Shown here in pieces: positions 22,101 through 30,659 of a stretch of 64,000 nucleotides of DNA. Position 1 is the stretch's first letter. Each line of letters opens with the position of its first letter. The DNA is from an uncultured bacterium (lineage in GTDB: Bacteria > Krumholzibacteriota > Krumholzibacteriia > LZORAL124-64-63): contig CAVSGO010000003.1 of NCBI GenBank assembly GCA_963727525.1, positions 352,001 to 416,000 on the forward strand, in the 5' to 3' direction. The translations under genes were made by a program, and so were the position numbers. The notes under the pieces were generated by a model. The model saw only the letters and a list, made by a program, of their open reading frames with translations. It searched no databases and was not told where the DNA came from.

Positions 22101-22186
22101 ACGACGACCGGTCCGGCGATGTGGTCCGAGGCCAGTGCGAGCGGTGCACCGAGGCACAGTACGAATGTCAAGCTCCACCGGAGCAT
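19139..22186 (-). CDS. Large secreted protein (1015 aa) with C-terminal FlgD-Ig/T9SS-like domain
   Basis: Signal peptide; GYGNDW...ETEPDYD...FDSDGGWSDED beta-sandwich motifs; tail PNPFNPRTTI...IYDLRGALVREL...WDG...ASGVYFY. Confidence 0.8.
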   Translation of the reverse strand: MLRWSLTFVLCLGAPLALASDHIAGPVVVPVSVDATSFGAPVSARSASRDTIDVLGGPGRLDGKFENASGEPDWHGWTHDDQTTDGTSQWQIDTRLPLDGAQSLWCGDVFDNACGYGYGNDWVEDVVFTHAFADPGTAHTLRVQGVLSVETEPDYDNLSFQAHRGETWFDVGGPWNGTVAAEPFDVTISFQPGDLVGPDGDLAELRFHFDSDGGWSDEDCLWDTEGAARLDDLQVWADDVAVDFEDFEDGDPGLWQPRPFVGVGDFAALWRYLSDIDPCHENYSVQVAFIDDGVVVPGTGGTQCITWCYGPGGYIVNNSGGLAGPDYHLDNVVSSPPIAWPAGYEGASFAFDAWVHTGFETYAAGVFHTWNVRSSADADPASLETAGWVNRNVFYEGGPAYRRYLFDVSDLIVPGAQWAQVQFQVLEIGWIWGLVGDDGTPAPYFDNVSVKAFHYDGPAIAADDIDQAQDTFPEQGFLDPDNLASNSCRFDMARDISGNDDGRIDPGDSITLAVTVLRAGAVLDAPPRLRVRMRANPRFDEVRTLPAGFTQSDAFVDGWVIGDSCRTPQGAPIIGKYAFDLPDTGFFYPGDVIHYYVEALDNLAGDVGKSLWPADTTGFGRFEESVSEVPTMYAVGATVRALPSWQGRFTTRPQALLWLDDGGSDWTTWLDAFQRGPDFAPGRDYDVFRTRGADRAASGLGVHVTAEGLARYKGVIYTCGRLTTATLGDGEAGGYSGDRSPDIPVLDAYMDQFGGNVWFLGDDLVKSLLESGSAGANFATQRLGVNFVADDVMPYIGNQIAPRVAALAGSPFFSDTGEWVVYGGCPSIADFDAIEPGGSTERLMEFLSPSGDGGQYPYAAATYRADATWPVIGAALTFPYRFEVITEDSGTVSPEDLRGAVLTEALLAIGVLPNIVIPGVPGAERGLQVSCGPNPFNPRTTIKLDLPHRSHVRLRIYDLRGALVRELVNDDLLAGPHRVVWDGCDRDARDAASGVYFYEAVVDKEARLGKMTLVR

Positions 22187-22586
22187 GGCTTACCCCCTTG
22201 GCGATACGAAGACCGACGGCCGTGTTCCTTTGGTCGGATGATACCCGGCCGATCTCTGATTATAAGGGATGGGAAGGGCTTTGATATCACGGAATCGTGA
22301 TAGTTCGCGACGGATTCCGGATCGCCATGGTGATAGGAACGGTCGTGACCCTCGCTATGTCGTATCGGCGAGGGAGATTGCAGCCGATTTGCGCCCGAAT
22401 GGGGCGATCGTGCCGAATGCGAATCGTTTTTCTCTCAGGAAAATGCAATCTCCAGGATTCCTGGCGAGGTTTTTTTATGTTAGAATCTCGGTGTTCGCAC
22501 CCCTGACGGAGGCGAGGGAGAGAGCGCCGGGACGACTCGACCTCTCGACCATTGCTTTGAGGCTGACCATAAGAAGGAGACTGATT

Positions 22587-23207
22587 ATGCTGAGGCGAAA
22601 TGCCCCTGTGATCTTGACCGTCGCCTTGCTTGCGATGACGGCATCCCTGGCTTACGCCGAGATTCCCGACCTGGACCTGAGCACGGCCAGCGTCGCCACG
22701 TCGGGCGCGGTGCTCTTCAGCCGGATCGACGGCAACGGCGATCCCTTCACCATGGCCCACATGGCCGGCGTCGAGGTCGACGCGACCATTACCCTGAACC
22801 TGCGCAACTACCTCGACGATCCGCTGGTGAACTACCCGGCCGAGGACCTGTGGCTGGAGACCAGCGCGGGCGGCCTGATGGGATGCACGCCGCTGATCGC
22901 CGACGCGCCGACGGACGCGGCTGGCCAGACGATGTGGCAGCAGCCGATTCCGGCCGGTGGCTGCAGCATCGGCGAGACCGTGAACGTGATGGTGGCGGGC
23001 AACCCGCTGAACCATGCGGGCATGGCTCTGGAGTTCGTGTCTGGCGACCTGAACAGCGACTTCGTGGTGAACCTGGCGGACCTTTCGGTGTTCGCGACCG
23101 CGTACCAGGGCACCTACAGCGCCTGCTCGGACCTGTTCGCCGACGGTATCATGAACCTGACGGACCTGTCGTACTTCGCGGCTTCGTACGGCAACGTCTG
23201 CCCGTAA
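22587..23207 (+). CDS. Secreted protein with C-terminal duplicated dockerin/EF-hand-like motif
   Basis: Signal peptide; GDLNSDFVVNLADL and SDLFADGIMNLTDL; AGAAGGAG RBS before ATG 22587. Confidence 0.75.
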   Translation: MLRRNAPVILTVALLAMTASLAYAEIPDLDLSTASVATSGAVLFSRIDGNGDPFTMAHMAGVEVDATITLNLRNYLDDPLVNYPAEDLWLETSAGGLMGCTPLIADAPTDAAGQTMWQQPIPAGGCSIGETVNVMVAGNPLNHAGMALEFVSGDLNSDFVVNLADLSVFATAYQGTYSACSDLFADGIMNLTDLSYFAASYGNVCP

Positions 23208-23236
23208 GGCGCCTTCTCGAGCGTCAGTCAAAGCAC

Positions 23237-23262
23237 GGAGGGAGGGCGCCGGCCCTCCCTCC
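23237..23262. terminator. Hairpin between convergent genes
   Basis: GGAGGGAGGGC-GCCG-GCCCTCCCTCC, 11-bp stem. Confidence 0.7.
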
Positions 23263-23288
23263 TGCACGTTAGCCTCGCCCTGTGGCCG

Positions 23289-24425
23289 TCAGCGCAGCCA
23301 GGTACCGAGTCCCACGCCGATGAACGTCGCGATCGCATATCCGAGCGTGCCGCATAGCACGGCCGGCAGCACGAGCGTCTGCCAGCGTCGGGCCACGGCC
23401 ATCGCGGCGGCGGTGGTGGGGCCGCCCATGTTCGCATTGGAAGCGATGACCAGCTCCGCCAGGTCGAGTTTCAGCAGGGCGCCCACTGCGAGCAGGATCA
23501 CCAGGTGGACCAGGAGGATCACCGCCGCGAACACGAAGAGCAAGGGACCGACCCGCATGACGACCGCGATGTTGGCGCTGGCACCGATCACTGCGAAGAA
23601 GATCTGCATCAGGAACGTGCCCAGGGTCTCGGCTCCGCGCAACCGGGCGAGCTGGCGCGGCATCGTCGAGGCGAGCACCACCGTCAACGCGGTCACCACG
23701 AGAATACCGGCGCTCTCGATCCCCCACCACCGCGCGAGCGCAAATCCCACGGCGCAGAGCCCCGTCCCCAGAGCCAGTGCGAGCGCCGTGCCGCCGAGGC
23801 CTGGCAACACGGCGCTCACATCGGCGCCGCCCGTGACGGGCGCGTCCGCGACGGCGTGGCGCTGGCGGTACCAGCGCTTCAGGAACACCAGCTCCGGCAG
23901 CGCGAAGAGCACGAGGAAGTAGAGCGCCATCACCAGGTTGTCTGCCGCCACGCCTGCCGAGAGCAGGTCGCCCGCGTGCAGCCCTACCGCCTGGGCGGCC
24001 GCGGCGTAGTTCATGGAGCCGCCGATGTACGTCGAGGAGAACACCGCCGCGAGTTGCCAGCCGGCCTCGCCCAGCGGTACCACGTGAAAGGCCACGATGG
24101 TGCCGACGATCGTGCCGACGGCGCCGATCGCGTAGGCCCCGAGCGTGGGGCCGGCTTCCCGCACGATGCGCCGGATATCGGCGCGCAGCAGGAGGAGCGG
24201 GATCGCCAGGGGCACGAGGTACGACCACGTGACGTCGTACGCGGCCACACCCTCGGCCGGGATCACGCGCAGGTTCGAGAGCGCGAACGTCACGCCCATC
24301 GTCATCACGGCGCCGGAGAGCTTGCGGCCGATCCGCGTGGTCTCGGCCCAGAATCCGAACGCGGCGGCGCCTAGCAGCACCGTCCAGATGGCCCAGGGTT
24401 GATCGGCGGTCAACAGGGTGGTCAC
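23289..24425 (-). CDS. DUF819 family membrane protein
   Basis: YLVPLAIPLLL, STYIGGSMNY, IASNANMGGPTTAAAMA, GTLGYAI; GTG start at 24425. Confidence 0.85.
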   Translation of the reverse strand: MTTLLTADQPWAIWTVLLGAAAFGFWAETTRIGRKLSGAVMTMGVTFALSNLRVIPAEGVAAYDVTWSYLVPLAIPLLLLRADIRRIVREAGPTLGAYAIGAVGTIVGTIVAFHVVPLGEAGWQLAAVFSSTYIGGSMNYAAAAQAVGLHAGDLLSAGVAADNLVMALYFLVLFALPELVFLKRWYRQRHAVADAPVTGGADVSAVLPGLGGTALALALGTGLCAVGFALARWWGIESAGILVVTALTVVLASTMPRQLARLRGAETLGTFLMQIFFAVIGASANIAVVMRVGPLLFVFAAVILLVHLVILLAVGALLKLDLAELVIASNANMGGPTTAAAMAVARRWQTLVLPAVLCGTLGYAIATFIGVGLGTWLR

Positions 24426-24478
24426 GGCAAGCCTTTCTCCGGGCAAGGGGCGGCCAGCAGGGTGCGGGGATGGCCGCG

Positions 24479-25690
24479 TCAGCGCACCACCGTGATCGTG
24501 CGCGTGCGCACGACGTTCCCCGCCTCGAGGCGGACGAGGTAGATCCCGCTCGGCACGCAGCGGCCGTGCGCGTCGGAGCCGTCCCAGCGTACGGCGTGCG
24601 GCCCGGCCTCCTGACGGCCGGACGCGAGGGTTGCGATGTGTCGCCCGGCGAGGTCGTGCACCGTCAGGTACGCCGTTCCCGCCGTCGCGAGGGTGAATGC
24701 GAGGATCGCGGCGGGATTGGCGGGATTGGGATGCGCCGGGGCGAGCGTGCAGACGGGCGGACGCGGCGGTGCAGCGGTTGTGCAGGCGCAGGTGTCCGTC
24801 ACCGCGCCCGCGGAGACGAATCCCTGCCAGGCCTCCGCCACGGCGCGCGTGACGCACCAGCTGGCCGAGTCGCCGGCCGCGTCGAAACAGGTGAAGGCGC
24901 CGATACGCGCAGTGGTGAGGTCGCCCAGCCAGCTCGCCGACTCCTCGATCACGGCCAGAGGCACCGGTGCATCGGGCGGGATGACGGCCGGCAGGCGCCG
25001 GAGGCTGACGTCGTGCACGAAGCCGTCGAGCAGCGTGCGGTCGGTGACCCGTTCGTGTGCCGCGCCGGGTTGCTTGGCCAGGATCCAGCGCGCGCCGAGG
25101 GGACGGTGGGCGAGGAAGATGCCCGTGAGATTCTCGAGCCGGTACGGCAGGTCGTTCTCCCCGATGACGAGAAAACCAGGCACGATGATCGCGTCTCCCG
25201 CCGGTTCGGTGCTGTGGTAGCCGCCCTTCTGGGTGATGAAGCCGATCACGCGGTCGGGACGCCAGAGGGTGAAGTGGTACGAGAATTGGCCACCCCACGA
25301 CCAGCCGTCGAGGAAAAGCGCCGCATGGGCCAGTTCCGGGTGGCCGGAGAGATCGGTGAAGATGGCGAGCGCGCGCAGCACGGCCGTGCCGATGCCCGTC
25401 TCCATGTGGCTGCTGTCGAGCTGTGCGCCGAGCAGGGCGAAGGATTCGCGCGCGGCGAGATCGCGCAGGGCCGGGTCGTCGACTGATGGGCGCGAGTCGG
25501 CGAGATAAGGGTCGACGAAGAAGTACACGCCGCGCACGGGAGCATCGTCGACGCGCAGCCGGAAGCGCGCGAGGGCATAGGTGTCCCCGGCCGAGGGCTC
25601 GATCTGCACGTCGTACACGGCGGCTTCGGCAACGCCGAGACCGGCGCCGGCCGCGAGCGCGATCAGCAAGGCGTGGATGCGTGGACTCAT
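24479..25690 (-). CDS. Secreted alpha/beta-hydrolase-like protein with C-terminal FlgD-Ig/T9SS-like domain
   Basis: Signal peptide, GWSWGG nucleophile elbow, GEND, His; tail HPNPANP...HDLAGR...WDG...PSGIYLVRL. Confidence 0.75.
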   Translation of the reverse strand: MSPRIHALLIALAAGAGLGVAEAAVYDVQIEPSAGDTYALARFRLRVDDAPVRGVYFFVDPYLADSRPSVDDPALRDLAARESFALLGAQLDSSHMETGIGTAVLRALAIFTDLSGHPELAHAALFLDGWSWGGQFSYHFTLWRPDRVIGFITQKGGYHSTEPAGDAIIVPGFLVIGENDLPYRLENLTGIFLAHRPLGARWILAKQPGAAHERVTDRTLLDGFVHDVSLRRLPAVIPPDAPVPLAVIEESASWLGDLTTARIGAFTCFDAAGDSASWCVTRAVAEAWQGFVSAGAVTDTCACTTAAPPRPPVCTLAPAHPNPANPAAILAFTLATAGTAYLTVHDLAGRHIATLASGRQEAGPHAVRWDGSDAHGRCVPSGIYLVRLEAGNVVRTRTITVVR

Positions 25691-25724
25691 GCCGGGATGA
25701 TACCACGGATCCGCCGGCTTCGGA

Positions 25725-27008
25725 TCACAAGCGCAGCCGAAGCGTGGCCGTGATGCGATCCAGGAGGGGCGTCGCCACCGCCGCGGCGGCTGCATGCTGT
25801 GGCCAGTGCGCCACGGCGTCGCGAACCTGATCGAGGATGGCGCGGGCGTCGCGGATGCCCGCCTGCGCCGCCACGTCGAACAGATCCGCTCGCGTGAACT
25901 CGCCGCGTTTGCCAGCGAGACTCATCTGGTGCTGCCCCGTCCAGCGGCCGGTGGGGTTGTAGGACCAGACCACGTCGAACGCAGGGGAGAGGTGCCAGCG
26001 TCCCCCGCGATCCATCAGGAAGGCGATGTTGCGGGTGTGGTCGTCCTGGTTGCGCGCCAGCACGTTGAACACCATGCGTCGGAACTGTTCCTGCAAGGTG
26101 TCGTGCCCGAGGTTGAGCCGGCGAATCACGCCGAATACGTCCTCGTAGCTCCACCGGCCCGGCGCCCGGAAATCGTGATGGGCCAGTGCGCAGAGCGACT
26201 GGACGTGGAGTTTTCCGCCGGCGGTGTCGCGATCGAAACGACGCGTCATGAAGTGCGCGCGTCCCCGTTCCTCGAGGAGGCGGCAGGGGCTCATGGTGAT
26301 CCCGGCGGCGACGGCCATGGTGGCATAGGCATACTCCACGCGACCGTAGCCATGGGGATCGCCGAGGGCGGGGTCGAGCACGCCGTCGAACTTCATGAGC
26401 CACGGCTCGAAACCGGGCAGGGGTACCGCCGGATCGGCGCGTACCTCGTACGTCGTGGGATTCCACGCGACCACCGCCTTCGCGCGCGCGCCGCCGGGCG
26501 CCGCGGCAGTGTGGAGCATGACGTCGCCCACACCCGGGGGAAACGCGCCTTCGCCGTCGCCGCGCAGGACGGCAGCGGCCATGGCCGTCAGCTCGGCAAC
26601 GTCGATCGCGAGCGACGCGGGTCGCGGAGGAAGCGCAGGATGGAACTCGAGCGCACCCAGCGCGCGCGCACCGAGGAGGCGGAGGCGATCCAGCGGCGTG
26701 AACACGTCCGGATCGCGTCCGTGACGGCGCAGCCAGTGGTCGATGACAGCGCTGCCGAAGCGGTCGGGCAGCGCATCGCTCAACAGACCCGGCAGGCCGC
26801 GAAAGGTCGCGGCATTCAGCTCGGGGAACGCGAACACCCCCGAACGCAGCGGCATGGTCAGGGGCGCCACGTCCAGCCCCGCCGGCAGGAATGCCGGTGC
26901 GTACTCGAAGCGTCCGCAGGCTTGATCTTCGTCCCAGGCAATGGCGCCCACCTCGTGATGCCAGAGCGTGACGGTGGCCACGGGCACGTACCGGGAGTGT
27001 CCGCTCAC
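25725..27008 (-). CDS. hipA: HipA family Ser/Thr kinase toxin
   Basis: Couple_hipA N-terminus (LLSDALPDRFG), GGARAKA, WLMKFDG, VEYAY, HFMTRRFDR, RNQDDHTRN, LSPAFD. Confidence 0.92.
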   Translation of the reverse strand: MSGHSRYVPVATVTLWHHEVGAIAWDEDQACGRFEYAPAFLPAGLDVAPLTMPLRSGVFAFPELNAATFRGLPGLLSDALPDRFGSAVIDHWLRRHGRDPDVFTPLDRLRLLGARALGALEFHPALPPRPASLAIDVAELTAMAAAVLRGDGEGAFPPGVGDVMLHTAAAPGGARAKAVVAWNPTTYEVRADPAVPLPGFEPWLMKFDGVLDPALGDPHGYGRVEYAYATMAVAAGITMSPCRLLEERGRAHFMTRRFDRDTAGGKLHVQSLCALAHHDFRAPGRWSYEDVFGVIRRLNLGHDTLQEQFRRMVFNVLARNQDDHTRNIAFLMDRGGRWHLSPAFDVVWSYNPTGRWTGQHQMSLAGKRGEFTRADLFDVAAQAGIRDARAILDQVRDAVAHWPQHAAAAAVATPLLDRITATLRLRL

Positions 27009-27334
27009 GACCGGTCCTCTTCGCGGCCCGTGCCGCGCGACCCGGTGGCACGCCGCCTTGGTTTCCCGGCCAGCCGCGCGAGCTGGACGGGACTCGGCCC
27101 CCGATCGGGAAGAAATGCGTCGAGTTGCGGGAGCAGGGTGAGAGCCCGCAACACGCGGACGACGCCGGTCAGGGTGGAGCCGTTTCCCTTCTCGAGATTT
27201 TGCAACAGGGTTCGCGAAACGCCGGCGTGCCGGGCCAGATCGGCCTGCGTGATGTTGCGATTCAACCGCTCGCGCTGGACTCGCGAACCCAGCTCAACGA
27301 GGATGGCGTGGTCGGTCATGGGAGAGAAATCCAT
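27005..27334 (-). CDS. hipB: XRE-family HTH antitoxin (HipB-like)
   Basis: RLNRNITQADLARHAGVSRTLLQNLEKG; 4-bp overlap with hipA. Confidence 0.85.
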   Translation of the reverse strand: MDFSPMTDHAILVELGSRVQRERLNRNITQADLARHAGVSRTLLQNLEKGNGSTLTGVVRVLRALTLLPQLDAFLPDRGPSPVQLARLAGKPRRRATGSRGTGREEDRS

Positions 27335-27495
27335 AATATTCTTTCTTTCAGGCGTAGATGTGATTCAAGGCGATTTTAGCATCAAATATAAATCATAACA
27401 ATATAAATTTATGAAATCTATTTAATGATTTATATTTAAGTCGTAAATATTAAATAACATTATAAAGCTTTATATATAGCTCATAACACTTGATT
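27335..27495. promoter_or_regulatory. AT-rich hipBA upstream region with inverted repeats
   Basis: AAATATAAATCAT (27384-27396) / ATGATTTATATTT (27425-27437); palindrome TATAAAGCTTTATA (27461-27474). Confidence 0.6.
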
Positions 27496-27588
27496 AACAG
27501 CGCGAGCCGCCCTCGGGCCGCCACACCGGGGCCGTCATGCCCTGGGCATTTCGTATGGTGTCAGGGCGCGAGTACGTCAAAGAAGTCG

Positions 27589-27624
27589 TTGACACGGATG
27601 GCGATTTATGAAACCGTTTACATA
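27589..27624 (+). promoter_or_regulatory. Promoter -35 and LacI-family operator for the glucan locus
   Basis: TTGACA at 27589; near-palindrome TATGAAACCGTTTACATA (27607-27624) fits TGWAANCGNTTWCA; upstream of a LacI gene. Confidence 0.75.
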
Positions 27625-27725
27625 GCTCGCAAGACTCGGCGGTGAATGGGACATTTGCCGCAGGCCTTCCTCGTGGTTCGGCGCCTCGGGACGCGGCGGC
27701 CGACCGCAGACGAAAGAGCTCCCAA

Positions 27726-28769
27726 GTGACCACCATCCGGGACGTGGCTCGAGCCGCCGGCGTCTCCATCGCGACCGTGTCGCGAGTGTTCAACAACACC
27801 GATCTGGTCAGCGACGCGACAGCGCGCAAGGTGATGCAGGCCGCGGCCGCATTCGACTACTGGCCCAACGAGACGGCCAAGAGCCTGACGACCAGCCGAA
27901 GCCATACCTTCGGCGTCCTCCTCCCCGACCTCTACGGCGAGTTCTATTCCGAGATCATTCGCGGTGTCGACAACCAGGCGCGACGCGCGAGCTACCAGGT
28001 GCTCCTCTCGAGCGCGCACGCCAGCGGAGACGATCTGCTCGCGGCCGCGCGCGCGATGCTCGGGCGTGTGGACGGACTCATCGTGATGGCGCCCGACAAC
28101 GCGGCCTTCGAGACGGTCGAACGGATTCGCCGGCGTCTGCCGGTCGTGTTGCTGAACGCGGTCGACGAGACGAGCGGCTGCCAGGCCATCGCCATCGACA
28201 ACGCTGCGGGAGCGCGCCGCGCCGTGGAGCACCTGCTACGCCTCGGGCATCGCGAGATCGCCATGATCGGCGGTCCGTACGGCAATATCGATGCTGACGA
28301 GCGCGCGCGCGGATTCCGGGAGGCGCTGTCCGACGCGGGGCTCGATCCGGATGCGGCCCGTATCGAATTCGGCGATTTTCGCGAGGCGAGCGGTCATGCG
28401 GCCGGCCACACGTTGCTCACTCGACATCCCTGCCCGACAGCAGTCTTCGCCGCCAACGACTCCATGGCGATCGGTCTGCTCGGTGCGGCCCGCGAACTCG
28501 GCTTCGAGATCCCTGATGATCTGGCGGTCGTCGGCTTCGACGACGTGACGATCGCACGCTACCTGAATCCGCCGCTGACCACCGTGGGCGTCGATGCTTA
28601 CGGGCTGGGCCAGCAGGCGGTGACCATGTTGTTGGCCGCTACCAGCGGCACACAAGCCGGCCCTCCGTCCCGCACGACCATGCCCACCGAACTTCAGGTG
28701 CGCGAATCATGCGGGGCGGCGCGGGGGCGAGTGAGCCGGGTGGCGGCCGAGCGAGGAGGTGTTCGATGA
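27726..28769 (+). CDS. LacI family transcriptional regulator
   Basis: TTIRDVARAAGVSIATVSRVFN, LGHREIAMI, AVFAANDSMAIG, VVGFDD, PPLTTV. Confidence 0.97.
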   Translation: MTTIRDVARAAGVSIATVSRVFNNTDLVSDATARKVMQAAAAFDYWPNETAKSLTTSRSHTFGVLLPDLYGEFYSEIIRGVDNQARRASYQVLLSSAHASGDDLLAAARAMLGRVDGLIVMAPDNAAFETVERIRRRLPVVLLNAVDETSGCQAIAIDNAAGARRAVEHLLRLGHREIAMIGGPYGNIDADERARGFREALSDAGLDPDAARIEFGDFREASGHAAGHTLLTRHPCPTAVFAANDSMAIGLLGAARELGFEIPDDLAVVGFDDVTIARYLNPPLTTVGVDAYGLGQQAVTMLLAATSGTQAGPPSRTTMPTELQVRESCGAARGRVSRVAAERGGVR

Positions 28770-30640
28770 AGATTGCGACCGGATCTCTCTTGCTGGTGAT
28801 CCTCTTGTCGGCGTTGCCGGCAGCGGCCCAGGCGCCGCGCGAAGACGTCATCTGGGCGCGGACGTCGCCCGATCCCATCACGCTCGACGGTGTGCTCGAC
28901 GAACCAGCGTGGGCCACGGCGGAAACCAAGGTCATCGATTACGGCCAGAATGCGGGCATACCCGGCAGTGGCTGGAAGCTCGAGTCGGGCTGGGAGCCCC
29001 AGGATCCGACGCACGCGACGTTCCGCTTCCTCGTGCACGGCAACGTGCTCTACATGGCGGCCGAGCTCCCGGACGTATCGATCGGCGGCAGCACCGAGTT
29101 CAATCGCTTCGACGGCCTGCTGATGGACATCAAGAACCACGCAGCCGACGGCTTTCCCAAGCCGCCCACCGAGTACCTCTACTCGTGGTGGTATCCCGAG
29201 CTCAGCGATCCCCAGGCCGCCGGCCAGGGGCCCAACTTCCGCGGCCAGTTCTCCACCAACGATTCCACCGTTCCCCGCACGCCCGAGCAGATCGCGGCCT
29301 GGGACGCCGTGACCGTGGTGAATGGCCTCACCAATGACGACAACACCCTCGACACCGGTTACACCGTCGAGATGAGGTTCGATCTCGGCGTGCTCGGCTA
29401 CGACGTCACGCAGGCCAACGGCGACATCGTGGAGTTCAACGTCTCGATCTATGACACCGACTAGTTCTGGCCCGCCACCGTGCTGCTCTTCACCACGAAT
29501 CGCGTGTGGTGGCAGGATCCGTGGGGCAACACCGGCTGGTACGGCGAGGTGCGCATCCACGCGCGGCCCGACGTGACCACCACGTCCGGCGCCGTGCCCG
29601 AGATCGGTCCGGAGGTCGTGATCCCGGCCATCGATGTCACGCCCACGATCGACGGCGTGCTCGACGAGCCCTACTGGAACGACGGGTCCGCATACACCTT
29701 CGACATCCGCTGGGACGACGACGCGCTCCGTGCGACGTACGACGGCGAGGGGCCGTACCGCGCTGGCCAGTTCCAGCCCACGGTGTACGGAGGCGAGGCG
29801 CTGGTGCTCGACCCGGCCGACGCCACGGTGCACGTGTTCCACGCCGGCAAGATGCTCTACTTCGGCTTCGACGTGCGCGATGGCGTGGTGCAGTACCACC
29901 CCAACTACGACCGCTGGGACGGCTTCACGCTATCGCTCGAGGACATCGCGGTGCTCAACACCGACAACAATCTGCTGAGTCGGCGCCTGTCGTTCCAGGT
30001 CGGGCCCGACGGTTCGGCCCTGCCGCAGGACTACCTCGTGACTCTCATGAATGAAGGCATGGCGGACGTGGCGCTGCACCTGATGGCCGGCACCACGGTG
30101 GACACGCTGGGGCAGCAGGTCGACAACGGTTACTCGGCCGAGCTGGCGATCGATCTCACGGCCTTCTCGTATCGACCCGACCTGGGCGACGGTACGCTCT
30201 TCTTCGGCGTGACGTTGCTCGACGGCGACTCGTTCATTCCCTTCAGCGACAGCTACGGCACCCGCACCTGGTGGCAGCGCGAGCGCGAGAACACGTGCTG
30301 CCCGCCGTGGGCGTACATGCAGCCGGGCGTGATCGGCGTACCGGACGATCCCGTCGTCAACGTGACGCGGCCGGTGTTCCACAGCGTCGACAATCCGTCG
30401 CGCGATCCGCTCGTGTCGTTCGCGCTGCCGCGCGCGAATCAGGTGATGCTCGAGGTGTACGACGTGCGCGGCCGTCTGGTGACCCGCCGCCCGCTGGGTG
30501 TGGTTCAGAACGGCGTATTCCCGCTGTTCCTCGACCGGCGTCCCGAGGCCGGCGTGTACCTGTACCGGTTGCAGCTCATCGATCCGCAGACTGGCGCACC
30601 GCGGTCGACCTTGCAGGGCAAGACGCTCCTGCTGAAGTAG
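28766..30640 (+). pseudogene. Secreted protein with two CBM9/DOMON-like domains and a C-terminal CTD, split by an in-frame TAG at 29462-29464
   Basis: ORFs 28709..29464 and 29480..30640 share a frame; repeats ITLDGVLDEPAW / PTIDGVLDEPYW; tail LEVYDVRGRLV...AGVYLYRL. Confidence 0.75.
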
Positions 30641-30659
30641 CCAGAAGGAAGGCGGGACA

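Noticed and set aside
25725-27495. hipBA as part of a prophage or IS
   Set aside because: No integrase, transposase, tRNA target or flanking direct repeats seen
29462-29464. Genome-wide TAG recoding or pyrrolysine
   Set aside because: TAG ends genes normally at 30640, 36594, 39286 and 40187, and this codon lies in an error-dense zone
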